A stretch of 63,237 nucleotides of DNA, counting the filler, from Bigelowiella natans CCMP2755 (Eukaryota > Protista > Cercozoa): the NCBI GenBank assembly GCA_000320545.1. It is 11 parts of 11 records of this genome, joined end to end, with 100 filler letters (N's around TTAATTAATTAA, not from the genome) between each part and the next. Parts side by side here need not be neighbours in the genome. Positions count along the whole stretch, not along the records: positions 60,133 to 61,512 come from ADNK01000762.1; positions 61,613 to 63,237 come from ADNK01000214.1; 9 more parts are not named here. One strand, given 5' to 3'. The first letter of the stretch is position 1. Each line of letters starts with the position of its first letter. Made by a program: the position numbers and the translations under genes. Shown piece by piece: positions 61,142 to 63,237 of the stretch. The notes beneath the pieces were generated by a model, which ran no database searches, was not told the origin of the DNA, and worked only from the letters and a program-made list of their open reading frames with translations.

Positions 61142-62297
61142 CGAACGAGTGTTGCTGCTGCTGCTACTACGTCATCACCAAGCTACCCTCCCCCCCCCCC
61201 ATCCAGCTGCAAAAAATATATATTTACCAAGTCCTTGTTGGCATAAGGGACGCAAGACCCATGGAACCACAGAACATCCGCGTGCTTGACCGACTTCGCA
61301 TCCTAAGGAAGAACATGCAAGAGGGCTGATGATTGACACATCAATGCTACTGGCAAGATCAGTGTTGTGTTTTCGAATCTACTGCTTGGTGGGTGACACA
61401 GAAGAAAGAGATCGCGGCAGCATTTCTTCAATTAAAACATAACAAAATCTGGTCCAAAATCGATTGCTCAAAGTCGGATGATTCATCACAAGTAGTACCT
61501 CACTCTTTATCANNNNNNNNNNNNNNNNNNNNNNNNNNNNNNNNNNNNNNNNNNNNTTAATTAATTAANNNNNNNNNNNNNNNNNNNNNNNNNNNNNNNN
61601 NNNNNNNNNNNNGGGGGGGGGAGAGTCTCTGAAGGCAGTAACCAGAGGCCGCAAGGATAGGACAGGGGAAAAAAATGACGTAGTTCCTGATTCATTCGAG
61701 TTAGCATTGAAAGCGCAATATACCTCCGGAGTCGCGTCGGACACGAAGTAAGGATACGGCTTTAGCTTCAGCTCTATCACGGCTACCTGTAAGATAACAA
61801 CCAATGGGTAGAGGCATGAGTGAGGATATGGCAACGTGATAATAGAATGCAGCGTAAAATGGCACGTATACATCTCCCCCCACCCCCCCACCCGCCCCCT
61901 CCTCCTCCTCCTCCTCCTTCGCAGATCGCTACACCCAACGCACCACCACCACAGCATAAATATAAGCTGCTACTGCTCATCATATCTCCAACCTGCTTCG
62001 AGGTGAGGAGGAAGTCTATCAGCATCAGGTCCGACACGATCTCGAGGCCCTTCGTTATGGTGCCGTGGTAATAGGTGGTGAGGGGCATATTTGCTTTGTG
62101 GCGAGGAGGATTTCTCGCTCGCAGCAGTGTGAGATTCGTGATTCCTTTCTTCCCTCTCCCCACTACGGATATTCAATCTTGCCAATAATTTTCGATCCTA
62201 TGCGAGCTGCTGTACGATAAGAATGGTTTTGCTAGAGCATCACCCCCTGCCTACCCCCCCCCCTGTGGTCAGTTGTACTTAGGGTGTAATGTATATG

Positions 62298-62347
<50 letters not shown>

Positions 62348-62839
62348 CAACACTCACTGCTCGTCGTACCGCGTTATCCGTGAAGAAGACAGCTTTGCGA
62401 GCTGTACAGGGATTGAAGAGACAGTTGTGGTGATGACGATGATGATGATAATAAAGCAACAACAAGAAGAAGACAAGGAAGAACAAAACACATTAGCGGT
62501 TCAGTGCTCGGAGCTTATGCAGTAGCGGGCAATTGAGCACACGCGCGTTTTTCTGTGTATGTGGACGTGTTGCGTGTCGACCTTGAAACAAAACAACAAC
62601 AACTATCGCCACTCTACTACTAATTCATGCCAACATCTCCGTTGCCCTTCTCAACTCATCATCGTGCGGTATCCTCAATTAGCACCTTTGCTGACCGGAT
62701 GGCGCTCCAGCACATCGAATACACGCTTCGATTCATCGCAGATCAGCCTTGGATCGTACCGTGACCAACACGAACACGAATACACGCACATTCATGTATA
62801 AATACAACTATAATTTTATTAATATACATGTATATAAAT

Positions 62840-62900
<61 letters not shown>

Positions 62901-63237
62901 AGAAATATTCATGATATAGCACGCGCGCGTGTGTGTGTGTGTGTGTGATTGTATCAGCGATGTGTCGAGGCGCCCATGGATTACATCGAGTGTGTGTGTA
63001 CGGGGCGCGTACGCGCTCGACGACGAGGAGCCTCGTCCCTGCGCCACTGTGTGAGCGAGTGTGGTCGCACGGAAGAGGATCGTATCTGCGTGTATGTGTA
63101 AAAAGAGTAGGGGGGAATGTCTTGTTGTAAATTATTGGTACTCGAGTCTCAGTACTTACACACATACAAGCGTGCGCGCGCGCGCGCGTGCGCGCGCATG
63201 TGCTTGGTAGAAACCTCGCGAAAGTGCTGCGAGCGAG
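60303..63237 (-). CDS. C2-domain protein, internal fragment spanning gap 61513-61612
   Basis: Exon 60372-60303 encodes VRIIKGTNLAAKDPNGKSDPYVK, a canonical Ca-binding C2 start. Upstream in-phase exons continue to the window end; linkage across the gap is inferred. Confidence 0.7.

Overview
Eukaryotic nuclear DNA, not prokaryotic: gene-dense and very intron-rich (exons mostly 30-150 nt, almost all GT-AG), with microsatellite-filled introns. It consists of 11 contigs joined by ten artificial 100-nt spacers (N44-TTAATTAATTAA-N44). Most six-frame ORFs are microsatellite noise. Splicing by hand gives about 18 genes or gene fragments: VPS9-domain Rab GEF (+), PUF60-like splicing factor (-), BLUF-like protein (+), NHL-repeat protein (+), orphan plastid-targeted protein (-), NMNAT (+), CNOT9/RCD1 (-), type-1 IPP isomerase (+), two-pore-type cation channel with EF-hands and a probable N-terminal SAM domain (-), an EF-hand fragment and a divergent PGK C-terminal half (+), Kelch protein (-), GH5 endoglycoceramidase-like fragment (+), YqgE/AlgH-SirB1 fusion (+), MYCBP2-type RING-Cys-relay E3 fragment (+), a nearly intronless Pol-beta-family nucleotidyltransferase (+), EamA/DMT transporter (-) and C2-domain protein (-). 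Three genes begin with a signal peptide plus an Arg/Ser-rich transit-like peptide, which suggests a complex-plastid alga, possibly a chlorarachniophyte (inference). The best leads are the 852-aa NTase with a single 2.1-kb exon (possible giant-virus or horizontally acquired signalling/tailing enzyme), several unusual domain architectures (YqgE-SirB1, EF-hand-PGK, SAM-channel, Tyr-less BLUF), and a recurrent GCTAGC/GCATGC/TAGCTA palindrome-rich block at every convergent gene junction. Sequence near contig ends looks error-prone, so frameshifts and odd splice sites there are treated cautiously. All family calls come from motif recognition by eye, not database searches.
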